From Octopus sinensis (lineage: Eukaryota): DNA of 64,000 bases. This document shows, piece by piece, positions 51,809 through 63,731 of the stretch. Under the pieces are notes generated by a model. It was not told the DNA's origin. It worked only from the letters and a program-made list of their open reading frames with translations, and ran no database searches. The stretch's first letter is position 1, and each line of letters opens with the position of its first letter. The DNA lies in NCBI RefSeq assembly GCF_006345805.1, contig NC_043008.1, positions 25,420,001-25,484,000 on the forward strand. Reading direction: 5' to 3'. The translations under genes and the position numbers were made by a program.

Positions 51809-52477
51809 TTTCAAATTTGGTGTATTGATGTAGTTTTTCACATTGAATCTCAGGGCCTAATTCCAGAGAATTTTTTTTTTAAATTAAAGAGGTTTAAAGT
51901 TTGATAATTTTTACCCAGTCAGAAAACAGGATTTGGAAGCTTTCATTTTGTGCATGAATACATGTGTTGTCAACATTGCAAACAAGATATCAAACTGTAA
52001 TCAAATGAAATATTGATAGAATTCTGCTTTATGCATGCCATATAACCCTTCATAACTTTTTATTTTTTGGAAATTTCCGAAAATCTTTGCAAATTTGTAT
52101 TGTACACATGGGAATTCATGCGATTATGCTCCTCCACAAAAAACGATAATTTTGGTGCATGATTTGAGGCCTATTTTGCTGTTATTTTTAGCACATCTCA
52201 TTACCACCTCATACTTAGTGTGTTTTAAGCATTTAATAAGCAAAAAAATGACCTTGTGGTTGGTCAAGAGAGCAACAGAAGGGTAGGCAGCTTGGTAACA
52301 GTCTGGCTTGTTACTGTGGAAACAGGCACCTATATGTCTATGGCTTTTAATTGGCTAGAATTACCCAAAATTGGCAACTTTAAAAGCTATTAATTCTTTA
52401 TTTATTGACTCATGGTGTAAATGAATTTCGTGTTAATAATTACCATAGAAAACTACATCAATACACCAAATATGAAA
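51809..52477. repeat. 29-bp inverted repeats, probable MITE subterminal arms
   Basis: TTTCAAATTTGGTGTATTGATGTAGTTTT (51809-37) vs 52449-77, one mismatch. Confidence 0.65.
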
Positions 52478-52639
52478 TTAAATGGAACAAAAACTTAAGA
52501 AACTGAGAAGTGGCAACCAAACAGAAAAGATCCCTTGTCCCTCTTTCCTACTTTAGCCTCACTAAATCTAGCACAAAACTACCCACCTCATTACTGCACT
52601 CTTACACTTTGTCTTGCGAGCTATTTAGTGATATCACTA

Positions 52640-52830
52640 GTATTGGCTTCAGGAAAAAAGTACCCAATATGAAAGGGGTTGACATTAGGAAGGGCACCCA
52701 GAAAGAGAAACCTTACCAAAGCAGACACTGGAGAGCAACACAACCCTCATGCTAATCAGAACCTTTTGAACCATCCAGTCTATGCCAGCATTGAATATGG
52801 ACATTAAAGGATGAAGATGATGATGATATG
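52640..52830 (+). mobile_element. RTE 3'-tail fragment
   Basis: CATTAGGAAGGGCACCCAG...GGACATTAAAGGATGAAGATGATGATG matches 22975-23110. Confidence 0.65.
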
Positions 52831-53749
52831 AAATAAACAACATGATTTTTAGTGGCTCTTGAGACAGACATAGATATTTAGAAAATATAGTGGGAGAAGG
52901 GTATTTGATAGGACAATGAGAGACATGTGTACATCAAGCTAAAACCACTGAATAGCCAGACAGTAGACAGTAATGAATGTCAAGAGAAAATAAAAAGTGT
53001 GTAACAGAAAGTAGTCTTGTGTCAAACTACCATTAAATGGTAATTACACAGAAAGATGAACATAGCAGTTTCCAATATTGGTAGCATTTATTCTTTCTGA
53101 TTTGATACAATATTACAAATATCTTTCAAATTGTTTGCCCATTGTAGAGTATATCCTGTTTATGAAATTACATCTGTTCATAATAGAAAATTGACACCAA
53201 TTTGTATTTTCTTTAGAAAAAATTTCTTCCCTTTCCTGACTTTATATAAATTCATATTCCTTTAGGGCAATGAATTGAGTGGTTCTTTACAATAAAGTTT
53301 TAAAATATATGCTTTAATCTTTTTTGTTTTACTTCTGAGTGCAAAACCCTTGTGTGGTTGATTTTACTATTAGGCCCTTAGGAGTGATAAACATTATCAC
53401 CAGTAACATATGAGTTAATTTTAATAATACAGAACATCTCTTTTGACAGATATTTTCTTTGTCTCAAGTGAAAAGAAATCAATAAAAATTCATATTGTCT
53501 CCCAACTCTTTTAGTTGAAGAATAAATTATAGAAATACTACTGACATGAAAACTAAGAGTTAAGTCACCATTAACATATTTAATGCAGTGACCATTGAAT
53601 AAATTCTTAAAACTAATTATGTGGTGGAGAAATGACATTGGGTCAATGAATAATATCATCTGAATCATTTCGGCAAGCACACAAGAAAAATCTTAGAAAA
53701 CATATCCATATATGTACAGTATTTTATATATATAATATACATATACATG

Positions 53750-53784
<35 letters not shown>

Positions 53785-53794
53785 ACACACACAT

Positions 53795-53990
53795 AGTTAA
53801 TCCAAACATGAACAAGTAAGAAAAAACAACATGTGGACGTGGAATAAGTACAATGTTTTTGGATGCTCAGGAAAGGAAAGAAAAGAAAGAGGATTTCACG
53901 TTTCGAGTGGAGCTCTTCCTCAGAAATATTGAAAAAGTCCAAAGAAGGGAAGACGGAGAAAGAAAATTGCCAATGATACACACGTGGTCA
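53795..53990 (-). mobile_element. PLE-associated short repeat with hammerhead motif (53893-53927)
   Basis: Minus strand reads ATTT-CTGAGGA-A-GAG-CTCCA-CTC-GAAA-CGT-G-AAAT; flanked by (CA)n. Confidence 0.6.
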
Positions 53991-54639
53991 CACACACACA
54001 CATATATAGTGATTCTCTTCAATAAGAAGAATGAAATCCATGATTTTCTGAGGTCTCATAAAACCAAAACATGTCTGAAGCCATCCTTCCTAATTGCTAA
54101 AATAACCAAAATATTATTAGTCATGGTCATTCATTGAAATGGTATCTTTTCTTTTTTGCATGATTATTTAGCTTTTTGATGACCATTACTTTAAATGTAT
54201 TCACTATAATGTAACTACCGCTGTACTTGACACATTCCCATCTTTTAATATCGAAAGGCTGAAAAAGAAGGAAAACATGTAAGCTATGTATAACACACAT
54301 TATCATAATGTTTTATGTGCTTGGATATTTGTATAATTAATCTTATATGTATTTGGTTTGTTTCTAGGTTATATTTTGAATAAACAATTTCATTTACTTG
54401 TAATATCATCTCTTTTGGTTACTCACTCTTTTGATGGGGAATATTATCTGTGCAATCATTTTTCATCTACATTATTTGACAACATTTTATTGTGAGCAAC
54501 TTCTTGGTAACAACAAGTAGCATTGACTGAATGCATAACTGTAAATTTAGCCATCCTATATGTGTAAGTGTGTATGTGCACATGTGTGTGTTTGTGAGTG
54601 AGGTGTATGTTTATCATCCTCCTTCTCCTCACCATCATC

Positions 54640-55030
54640 ATTTAACACCCATCTTCCATGCTTCCATGCTGATATGGATCAGATGTTTTGATATGACCTG
54701 ATAATTCAGAGGACAGCATCAACTTTCAATGTCTTCTTTGATGGGGTTTCTATGACTGGATGCTTCTCCTAATACCACCTACTTTACAAAGTGAACTAGA
54801 TGCTTTTTACAAGGCACTGCCTGCATTAGTGAAGTCACCAAGAAACTCACAATTCTCTTCAACTAAAAATGGTTGTAATCCTGAAGGGTCCCTGGTTTTA
54901 TGCCAAGTATTGAGAGATTAAATTAAGATAGAAGGACAAAAGCAGGTTTCTTGCTGTGGAAGAGATACATGGCTACTCTAGCTAGAAATAGTGAAAAGAG
55001 ATGGTGGTGGTGGTGAGATGTCAGGGTGCA
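54640..55030 (-). mobile_element. RTE-tail non-autonomous element
   Basis: CATCATCATTTAACACCC...CCATGCT tail; homologous to 58845-59400. Confidence 0.6.
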
Positions 55031-55379
55031 CCATCAAGATACAAGAAAGTGAGAATAAGAGAGAATAGGGACATGGGATACAAAATGGTGTGTAGGTAGG
55101 TAAATGACAGATTGGTTAGAAATGGCGATAAAATGGAATACAGCAAATTGGGAACCCAAATGGTGACATAGCCATTGGTGATAACTAATTTGGAGAGAAA
55201 GTAAAGGAAATAGTAGCCTCAGTTCTCAGGCTCCCTATCTATTATAGTCCTCCAGTTTGTAGCAGAAAATGTAAGACCAGTTGCCCTTGGAAACTACTCT
55301 GTGCTTTGTGTTGAAGAATGAATCAAAGCTGAAATTCTAGAAATGGAAGCAAAATGTAGAGCTGAATGGCTTTAGTGCA

Positions 55380-56130
55380 AGTAACAAGCAAAACATAAAC
55401 CTTATAGCACTAGGGAATTGGCTGTTCTCCATCTGCAAAAAGGGTGTCAGTGGAAATTATATAAGATGTTCTCATGTAAACAACTTACACACAAAAAAGG
55501 TGTGGTGGGGTCACAGATAAGCTGACAGAGAAGAGATTTCATATGTAGTAGTTGCATTGGGGCAGTAATAGAGGGCTTAATAAAATAGTTTCTTTTAAGT
55601 ACCCAGATGGCTCTCTAAAGGTAGCTGTGTGGATAGATGAGCTGGATGCCCAAAGTATAGTGGTTAGAATAAGGATGGGTTGGAGAAAGTCTAAGGAACC
55701 TCAGCTGAAACTTATCTCTCAAAGTCAAGGGTGGATTGTAGAATGCTCATATGCAAAGTACTTTGCTGTACGATAGTGTGACATGGATCTTTAATTGTGG
55801 AGAACCTGTAAATACTAGAAAGAAATGAGGCAAGCATGGAGCAATGTATCATGCTGTGGTGTCTGAACAACAAAGTATTAATGAAATGAAGGAGAAACTG
55901 GATATAAGGGGAGTCCAAAGTAGCAAATAAGGTGATTGCATTGGTATTAACATGTGATGCTGATGGGGGCTGACAGCTGCATAGACAAGTGCCAAGCACT
56001 TAAAAGTGAGTGATGACTGTAGAAGAGGGAGACCAAGAAAGACTTAGGATGAAATGGTGAGAAATGATCTTAAGACATTACATCTGACAAAGGAAATGAT
56101 TGAGGACTATGCTTACTGGCAATATATAGT
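55380..56130 (+). mobile_element. RTE RT C-terminal remnant
   Basis: WLFSICKKGVSGNYIRCSH (PHD-like), RIRMGWRK and GRPRKT motifs. Confidence 0.7.
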
Positions 56131-57734
56131 TCTGCATATCTGATCTCCCATGCAAGCTTTCCAAAATATTCATTAAAATAATGGGATAATACATGCACTC
56201 TGCCCTTGTTTAATGTTTTGTGCATGCATCTCCTTACTGTTAGTTGCACATTGTATACCCTCACTATCTTTTCTTCTAACCACTGTACTTAGTCTTTATT
56301 CTCTCACTCAGCATCCCTTCCACTCCCAATCTCACCAGGCCATGCAATACCAAGCAAAACAAGAAAATACTCAATTTGTGCATATTGAATATCTCACTTT
56401 TGGATACATTGACAACCGATATCTTGTTACACATCCTTCATTTTACCTCCTAAATAAAAAGATACTTATTGTGTGTGTAAGAAGCCTTTTGTTAGTCAGA
56501 TGTACCCACATATTCACCAATGATCCTGATATTACCAGAAAACTGGAAGCAATCCAATAGAAAACATGAAGAACATTGCTTCCATTGATCATGTCAATTA
56601 TTGGATTAAGAAGCCTTACAGATCTATTTCTTGAAGCTCGATAACCTTACAAGAATATAGATATTAAAATTTTGCTTCTGAAGACATTTCAACCCTAACT
56701 CTTGGTGCTATTGTACAGTGGCAAAGATATTGTAACTTTCATAGATATTTGCCCAGTGTGTGGTAGCTAAATACTCAACAGATTGCAATTATGTACTGTT
56801 CTCATGAAACAACTTCCTTGAATATGAACCTCTTTGTAGTCATTTGATTTACAAAAAATAGCTGCTAAATCATTCTCACATCACACTCCCAAGATGTAAT
56901 ATCACATTAGACAATGTAATCTTGATATTAAAAAGATAGGATGGTCAAAATTAGGATTTTTTGATATCATTTGGCTTAGAGATGACTTTGATTTTGACTT
57001 CCTTGAATCAGTGAAAAGATAAGAAGATAGCGAATCACTGTAGAAAATGTTGCCCAAACTTCTTTGCAAAATGCCTGCTTAAAACAGTTTGATATTTATG
57101 ACTGGCCTTAACATTTACTCTTATGTAAAAAAGATAGAAGCTGTGATTAAATTTCAAATAATGTATTACTCCCTGCTCCTTTTGTGAGACACCACATTGC
57201 AGACAAAAATGAAGTGGAAAATATGAAATGAGGTGTCCCACTCAAGGACACAGAATGCTACCCAGTCTGAGTATCAATCTTATGGCCTTGCAATTGGGAG
57301 TTTAACAACCTAACCACTAGGCCAAAACCTACAGCTTGATATATAACTGAGATATAATTCTAACACTTATTGCTCTTAAACTTTGTACAGCATCCCCCTC
57401 TTGAGCAACTTGTTTAGAAAAAACAACGGACTATTGATAAAGTTTATAAGCTTGTGTATATCTAATATGGCCAGTAGTTTTTGTGAAAAAAAAAAGCATC
57501 CAAAGAATGGAGGAATCACAATTGCCAAGATAAACACTCCACTAGTAGTTGTCTAGTAGTGCAATAAACCAGGGTAGAACTTACCCACTCACCCACTAAG
57601 ATACAAGGATAATAACTAAATGCAACATGAAAAGATTGACCATTGACATGTAAAGCTGAAACACATTAGCTAAGAAAGGAAGCTAGGGTAACAGTTAAAA
57701 ATATTTGAGATGTCTAAAATATGATAAAGCTGGC

Positions 57735-58314
57735 TTAACCCTTTAACATATAAAGTGGCCAAATCTTGCCCTAATATTCTATGTGTTTTGTGTTCAAACC
57801 AAGTATATCTGGCCTCTCACAACTAACCTCTGTCATTCTAAAAATATACAAGTGGCTGTGTGGTAAGTAGCTTGCTTATGAACCACATGGTTCTAGGTTC
57901 AGTCCCACTGGGTGGCACCTTGAGCAAGTGTCTTCTACTATAGCCTCGGGCTGACCAAAGCCTTGTGAGTGGATTTGGTAGGCGGAAACTGAATGTAGAT
58001 ATATTTGTGTGTGTGTTTGTCCCCCCAACATAGCTTGACAACCGATGCTGGTGTGTTTACGTCCCCGTAACTTAGCAGTTTGGCAAAAGAAACCGATAGA
58101 ATAAGTACTAGGCTTACAAAGAATAAGTCCTGGGGTCGATTTGCTCGATTAAAGGCAGTGCTCCAGCATGGGCACAGCAAATGACTGAAACAAGTAAAAG
58201 AGTAACCACATCATCAAAATTTCAAAGCTATGAGACAATGCATGAGTAATTCAAAACCCTGTGAATAAATAAGCACAACATTTGACAGAGTAATCTGAAT
58301 GCTAAAGGTTTGAA
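57735..58314. mobile_element. piggyBac-like MITE interrupted by a SINE
   Basis: TTAACCCTTTAACAT...CTGAATGCTAAAGGTTTGAA; same family as 34534. Confidence 0.65.
57851..58205 (+). mobile_element. SINE family B
   Basis: Aligns with 50067 from AGTGGCTGTGTGG to the GTAAAAGAGTAA tail. Confidence 0.9.
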
Positions 58315-58844
58315 CTAAGATTTCAATTATATTCTTTCTAATTCCTTAAAGTAGGAATTTGAATCCTAAAGAGGATGACATATTTATCAATAAAATAAAC
58401 AGTTATAATATATCACAGTAAATTCAGTCATTTTCACATTTTCTCCTCTTAGAGAGAAAGCCTTGTAACTAAGCAAATGAAATGTGCATCTTAAAAAGGG
58501 CTCAGTAGCTATTTCTTCAACTGACCACAGGCTTTTCTATAATCTTATGCTTAAATGCTAAGCAATACAAAGGACATGCACCTGTAAATTAAATTAATTT
58601 TACCATAAAAAAAAATTATTATAACCATTTGTTAAGTTGGCCAAAAGGTCTATTTGGTTTTAGTCAATACTAAACTTCAAGCGCTCTAATAAGTAGCTAA
58701 GTTCAGTCTGCCCCCTGCACATGCACTCTTGTTAGAAGCTTAACACTTAAATGTAGTTTGACTGATTGTATTTTGTGTGCTTGGGACCATACTGAAATAT
58801 GGGGAACTAAAACAAACATTATCAACATTTGATGCTTTTTACCA

Positions 58845-59400
58845 CCACCACCACCATCATCATCATCATTCAATGTCTGCCTCTCGTACTGGCATGGGTT
58901 AGATGGTTTGACAGGGGCTGGCCTGGTAGGAGCCTGCACCAACCCTCTGTGTCTGTTTTGGCAGGGTTTATATGGCTGGATGCCCTTCCTAACACCAACC
59001 ACCCAGCTGAGTTGATTGAGTGCTTTTTATGTGGTACCACCACAGGCGAGGTCAGTTTTAGCAAAGTTTTTACTGCTGGATGCCCTTCCAAATGCCAACC
59101 ACTTTGCAGTGTGGACTGGATCTCTTTATGTGATACCAGCACTGACAGGGTCACCAAGTAACTTGCAAGACAAAGATCCTTTGAGAGAGGAGGGGGAATT
59201 GGAGGAGGTGATCTTGTGTCGAATGATGAAAGGTTATAGTGGGACAAAGCGATAAAAGCAGGTGTTTTGCTGTAGAGGAGGCACAAGGTTACCCCCAGAG
59301 AGAGAGAGAGAGAAAGAAAGAGTGAGAGTAATCAGGAACGAAGACAGAAACAGGTGTGTTTCTGTAAAGGAGGTACATGGTTACCCAGCTTGAGAAAAGC
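58845..59400 (-). mobile_element. RTE-tail non-autonomous element nested in mariner
   Basis: (CAT)n-TCAATGTCTGCC...GGCATGGGTTAGATGGTTTGAC tail; GGATGCCCTTCC motif twice. Confidence 0.7.
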
Positions 59401-59961
59401 ACAGGAGGAGAAAGAGTGGGAGACAGAGTGGGAGACAGAAGACCTGCAGGTAGATATGTACTATGTATAGAGAGAATGTCATTATTGAATGTGTATCCCA
59501 GAAGAGGTTTCCAAGATGTTGATTGGGAAATCTTTTGGTTTAAAATGCACCTTGCTCTAGCTGACTAAATGAGATTAATAGTGACACCAACACCCAGGAT
59601 GATCACAGATATTCCCTAGATATCCAAACCGAGTGATGGAAACCATCTGCATCAACTTAGTTATGTCAGTAGGCTTGATATTTGGGCCCAACATCATTTG
59701 AAGGAGGCTAATATCACCCACTCTTCTTTTTTTGAAGAGATTGGTGACAGGGGATGAAAAATGGATCAACTATAACAATGTGATGTGCAAATGATTATGG
59801 GGAAGTGCAGCAAACCATTATAAACAACCTCCAAAGCAGAAATTGACCCAAAGGAAGTGATGCATTCAATTTAGTGTGATTGGAGGGGTGTTATCTTTTA
59901 TGAGCTTCTTCCTGTGGACAGGACCATTAATTTGGGTGTGTACTGTCGCCAATAGACAAAT

Positions 59962-61180
59962 TATCAGGCTGAGTAAAAGGTAAGCAACGTTTTAAACATG
60001 AAATTCATCACAATATATTTCAACAATGTGGAAATTCATGAAAGTAAGTACCATTACAATCAATGCATTTTTGTCAATGAGTTTGTTTATTCCAGTAACA
60101 TAAAAATTTGGAGTTCTGGAGCTGATGAAATCTTTCAATGCACTTTCAGCATCGGTTTGATTTTTGAACTCCTCTTGCAGGAAACCATTATGGTGCTTGA
60201 GAAAGTGGTAGTCAGTAGGAGAAAGGTCTGGGGAATAAGCTGGTGGGGAAGAACTTCATAGTCAAGTTCCCTCGATTTCTGGAGCATCATTAGGGAAACA
60301 TGTGGGCAAACATTGTCAGGAAGAATGATTGGCCCTCTTCTTCTAACTAGTCTGGCAATTTCATGGCAATATGTTTCTGCAGTAATGGTTTTACCAGGTT
60401 TTAAGAAGTTATAGTGGATGAGTCAAGCAGTACACCAACAAACAGTCACCATAACTTTTTTTTTTTGAAGAGCTCGGGTTTAGGGAAGGTTCTTGGTGCT
60501 TCATCTTGGTCCAACCACTGCAAAGAATGTTTTTTTTATTATTGTACAGAATCTACTTTTCATTGCAAGTTAGAATATGGTAAAGAAATGGATCTGTCTG
60601 GTTACAGAGAAGAAGCCACAAGCAAATTTCATATCTGCACGTTTTCTGGTTTTCCTTCAAATTGCATGGTACCCATTTGTTGAGCGTTTTTGATTTTCTA
60701 ATTGCATGTGAATGGTTGCAGGCAGTTTTCTGGCTAACATGAAGTTCTTTTGCCAGTTCTTTCTCAATGATGGTCTTTACTGACCATCATTGACAGATGG
60801 GCATCCACTATTCTCATGATCTTCAATGCTCAGGTCTCCACTGTGAAATTGTTTAAACCATTTTCGAGCTGACCACTCACTAATCATTTCCTCACCAAAT
60901 GCTTCATTGATACTGTGTGCAGTTTCGGCTGCTTTACATCCTTTTTTGAAGTTGAACAGCAAAATTGCTTGAATATCTGACTTTGACAGCTCCATTTCAG
61001 ATGATTGTAACAATGGTGAAAAAATATCAATGTTAATTTATTGATGCCTTTGGGCAAGTCTGTCTGTATTATCAGATGATTGCAAAAAAAAAAAAGTTTA
61101 AAAAAATTCAAAACTTTGCAAAACTCTGGTACAAATCCTTCATATTTCAAAATGTTGCTTACTTTTTACTCAACCTGATA
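59962..61180 (-). mobile_element. Mariner inserted at a TA in the host mariner
   Basis: TIRs TA-TCAGGCTGAGTAAAAGGTAAGCAACG / reverse complement TA-TCAGGTTGAGTAAAAAGTAAGCAACA. HTH ORF 61013-60777 MELSKSDIQAILLFNFKKGCKAAETA. Confidence 0.92.
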
Positions 61181-61699
61181 AATGCAGCAATCTGACAGAA
61201 GTATCCAGCACTTGCTAGTCATAGGGGCATTGTATATTTTATCATTACAATGCCAGACCATAGTCTTCTTTGCAGACATGGCATAAGTTACTGGGCTTTG
61301 GCTGGTAGATTTGCTGCACTCTGTATATTTGCCCAACCTTGTGCCATCAGATTTCCTCCCATTTTGGTTTGTTCAAAATTCATTGAATGGATAGATCTTT
61401 GACTCTGAAGAGGATGTAAAAAAACTCACCTGGAAGAGTTTTTTGTCTATCAAAACAGGAAATTCTTTACATAGGGAATAATGGATTTGCCCACAAGATG
61501 GTTGCAAATACTGAAATAAAACAGTAATTATATCATTGATTGAATATCTTAAACTGTGTTTAAAAGTTATATTTTATTTTTAATTATAACAAGTCAAATG
61601 GACTTTTTGGTAAACCAAATAGTTTCTAAAATAAATTACTTCTGGAAAAAACTCCAAAAAACATAAATATACGAAGACCTACTTCTTATTCAATATTTA

Positions 61700-62230
61700 A
61701 ATATTTGACTCTAAATGGAAAAGAGTAAAGAATTTCCATTTACAATTGGTCCAAGTATGGCAGATTGGTTTTAAGTATACTCTGGGAAATTTTTCTTCAT
61801 CATCGGAAATTTACGAATTTTCATGGTGAGTTTTGCCCCCTTTAAGACCATCAAATTCAAACCAAATATATATCCACCATTAGGCATTGAATCTAAGTTC
61901 CAAATATCATAAGGATCCATTCAGTAATTTTGGTCCATGAAAAATGACTAAAATTTGGGAGTTAAGCCCCCATTAAGAGGGTCTTAGAATCCTCCAAAGA
62001 AATGGAAATTTTGGGTATATTTTAAAATTTATTTCTAATAATTATGGTTCAAAGTTCATCAAAATCCGAAGCATATGAATTTTATGGGTGATTCTGCTCC
62101 CTTTATGTCCCCTCAAATTTGTATGAAACATACAGCTTTACCATTCTCCCTAGGCTTGGATTTTGTGTTCCAAATTTCATTAGGATCGAAGCAGCACACA
62201 AACACACAGTCATTGGCTATTATATAATAT
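61700..62230 (-). mobile_element. Helitron-like non-autonomous element fragment
   Basis: Repeated CCAAAT(A/T)TCAT..GGATC modules; ends ACACAAACACACAGTCATTGGCTATTATATA like other Helitron 5' ends. Confidence 0.45.
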
Positions 62231-62337
62231 ATATATATATGAGTTCATTAAAATTTAGATTCTGATGAATACGGTACTTAGGTTAAAGGCACCAGAATTT
62301 AGTATGGTATTATCTATATAATTCAAAATGGTGATTA

Positions 62338-62563
62338 TAATCAAAAGAAGCAACAAGGATATCCAGAAGTAATGCAGTACGATCGCTTCATGTGACAATT
62401 CGAAGGATTCCTCCTTCGAATTTAACTAAATTCTATATTTTTATGCAGCTGAATATTGCTCGACATTTTAAATTGATGTAATGTTTGCATTGTGCAATTA
62501 AATGGAGTCACATGAAATGATCATACTGCATTACCTCTGGATATCCTTGTTGGTCATTTTGAT

Positions 62564-62565
<2 letters not shown>
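62338..62565. mobile_element. MITE with TIRs of about 58 bp and an internal perfect hairpin
   Basis: TAATCAAAA...CAACAAGGATATCCAGA(A/G)GTAATGCAGTA(C/T)GATC...TCATGTGAC inverted at both ends. AATTCGAAGGA-TTCC-TCCTTCGAATT at 62397-62422. Confidence 0.85.
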
Positions 62566-62657
<92 letters not shown>

Positions 62658-62658
62658 G

Positions 62659-62697
<39 letters not shown>

Positions 62698-62734
62698 TAT
62701 ATATATATACATATATATATTATATATATGTATG

Positions 62735-62781
<47 letters not shown>

Positions 62782-62805
62782 ATATATAATATATATATAT
62801 ATATC
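62566..62805. repeat. Long (TA)n array
   Basis: Direct reading. Confidence 0.97.
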
Positions 62806-62879
62806 AAACTAAAGTTATTGAACGAACAAATGCAAGGTCATCCGCATATCATTTCATAATTCGAACATTTAATCATAGA

Positions 62880-63420
62880 ATATACATATAAATATCCCGC
62901 AAGATGGAACATAATTCATCTGTACAAGCATACAAGCATATAATAATAATAAGGTTCGAGAAAAAATTTTTTCATCACAGTTTAAAGTTAATACTTTAGC
63001 GATTCAGAAAAATACATTTTTTTACATTTTTAAAAAAAAAACATTACGACACCTAGAAAGTAAAAATATAATATAAAGTAATATATAAAAATATATAGGT
63101 ATACAAAAATATATAAAATATATATATATACATATAGGAGCATATAAAAAATATATAATATATATCACGTAAATAAAATAAAAGTTCATCTTATTAAATA
63201 ATTATTCAAGTAAAAGAAGCCTTATAGTTAAAAAGGGAACTATATTTACTTATCCCTATGGCCATTTCAGGGGTGTATTATGTTTAAAGCACTAGGGTGC
63301 ATCCAGATAATACCTCCTTCATCAGGGTAAAAAAATATATATACATAAAGATAGACATCATCGCGTACCAAGCCAGCACAATGTTGTTTGCTTTCCTATT
63401 GAAGCATTCATGCTCGGATA
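62880..63420 (-). mobile_element. Probable PLE 3' end (ORF terminus plus UTR), inverted relative to the RT fragment
   Basis: Minus frame ends [21 protein letters not shown], with a weak resemblance to the P.LN...G of GIY-YIG C-termini. It is followed by a hammerhead. Confidence 0.45.
63250..63330 (-). ncRNA. Type I hammerhead ribozyme, intact core
   Basis: CUGAUGA at 63325-63319 and GAAA at 63268-63265. Stem II AGGAGGUAUUAU / AUAAUACACCCCU. Palindromic stem III AUGGCCAU. AUA triplet with predicted cut after 63257. Short stem I (CC/GG plus partial pairs). Confidence 0.7.
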
Positions 63421-63731
63421 GCCCATATATATATATGTATGTATGTATGTATATATATATACACACACATATATATATATATGTATATATATATATTTAC
63501 ACATATATATTTTATATATATATATATCCTTATATACATATATATACATATATATATATGTATATACATATATATATGTATATATATATATGTATATACA
63601 TATATACATATATATATATATGTATATATATGTATATACATATATACATATATATATATATACATATATATATATGTATATGCATATGTATATATATATA
63701 TATATATATATATGAATATATATATATATAT
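63421..63731. repeat. Long (TA)n/(TACA)n array
   Basis: Direct reading. Confidence 0.97.

Larger units (their letters stand above)
58630..61621 (+). mobile_element. Mariner (Hsmar1-like motifs) with two nested insertions
   Basis: TIRs match 20/28. FLKRLVTGDEKWINY, then DKL/NAAI across the inner insertion, HYNARP, NSLNG..FDSEEDVK and IID*. Confidence 0.85.

Noticed and set aside
53378-53680. 100-aa minus ORF in non-repeat DNA
   Set aside because: No recognisable motif or convincing donor site; one or two ORFs of this length are expected by chance in 64 kb of this composition.
62258-62300. CTGATGA motif as another hammerhead
   Set aside because: No stem II closure or GAAA at a compatible position.
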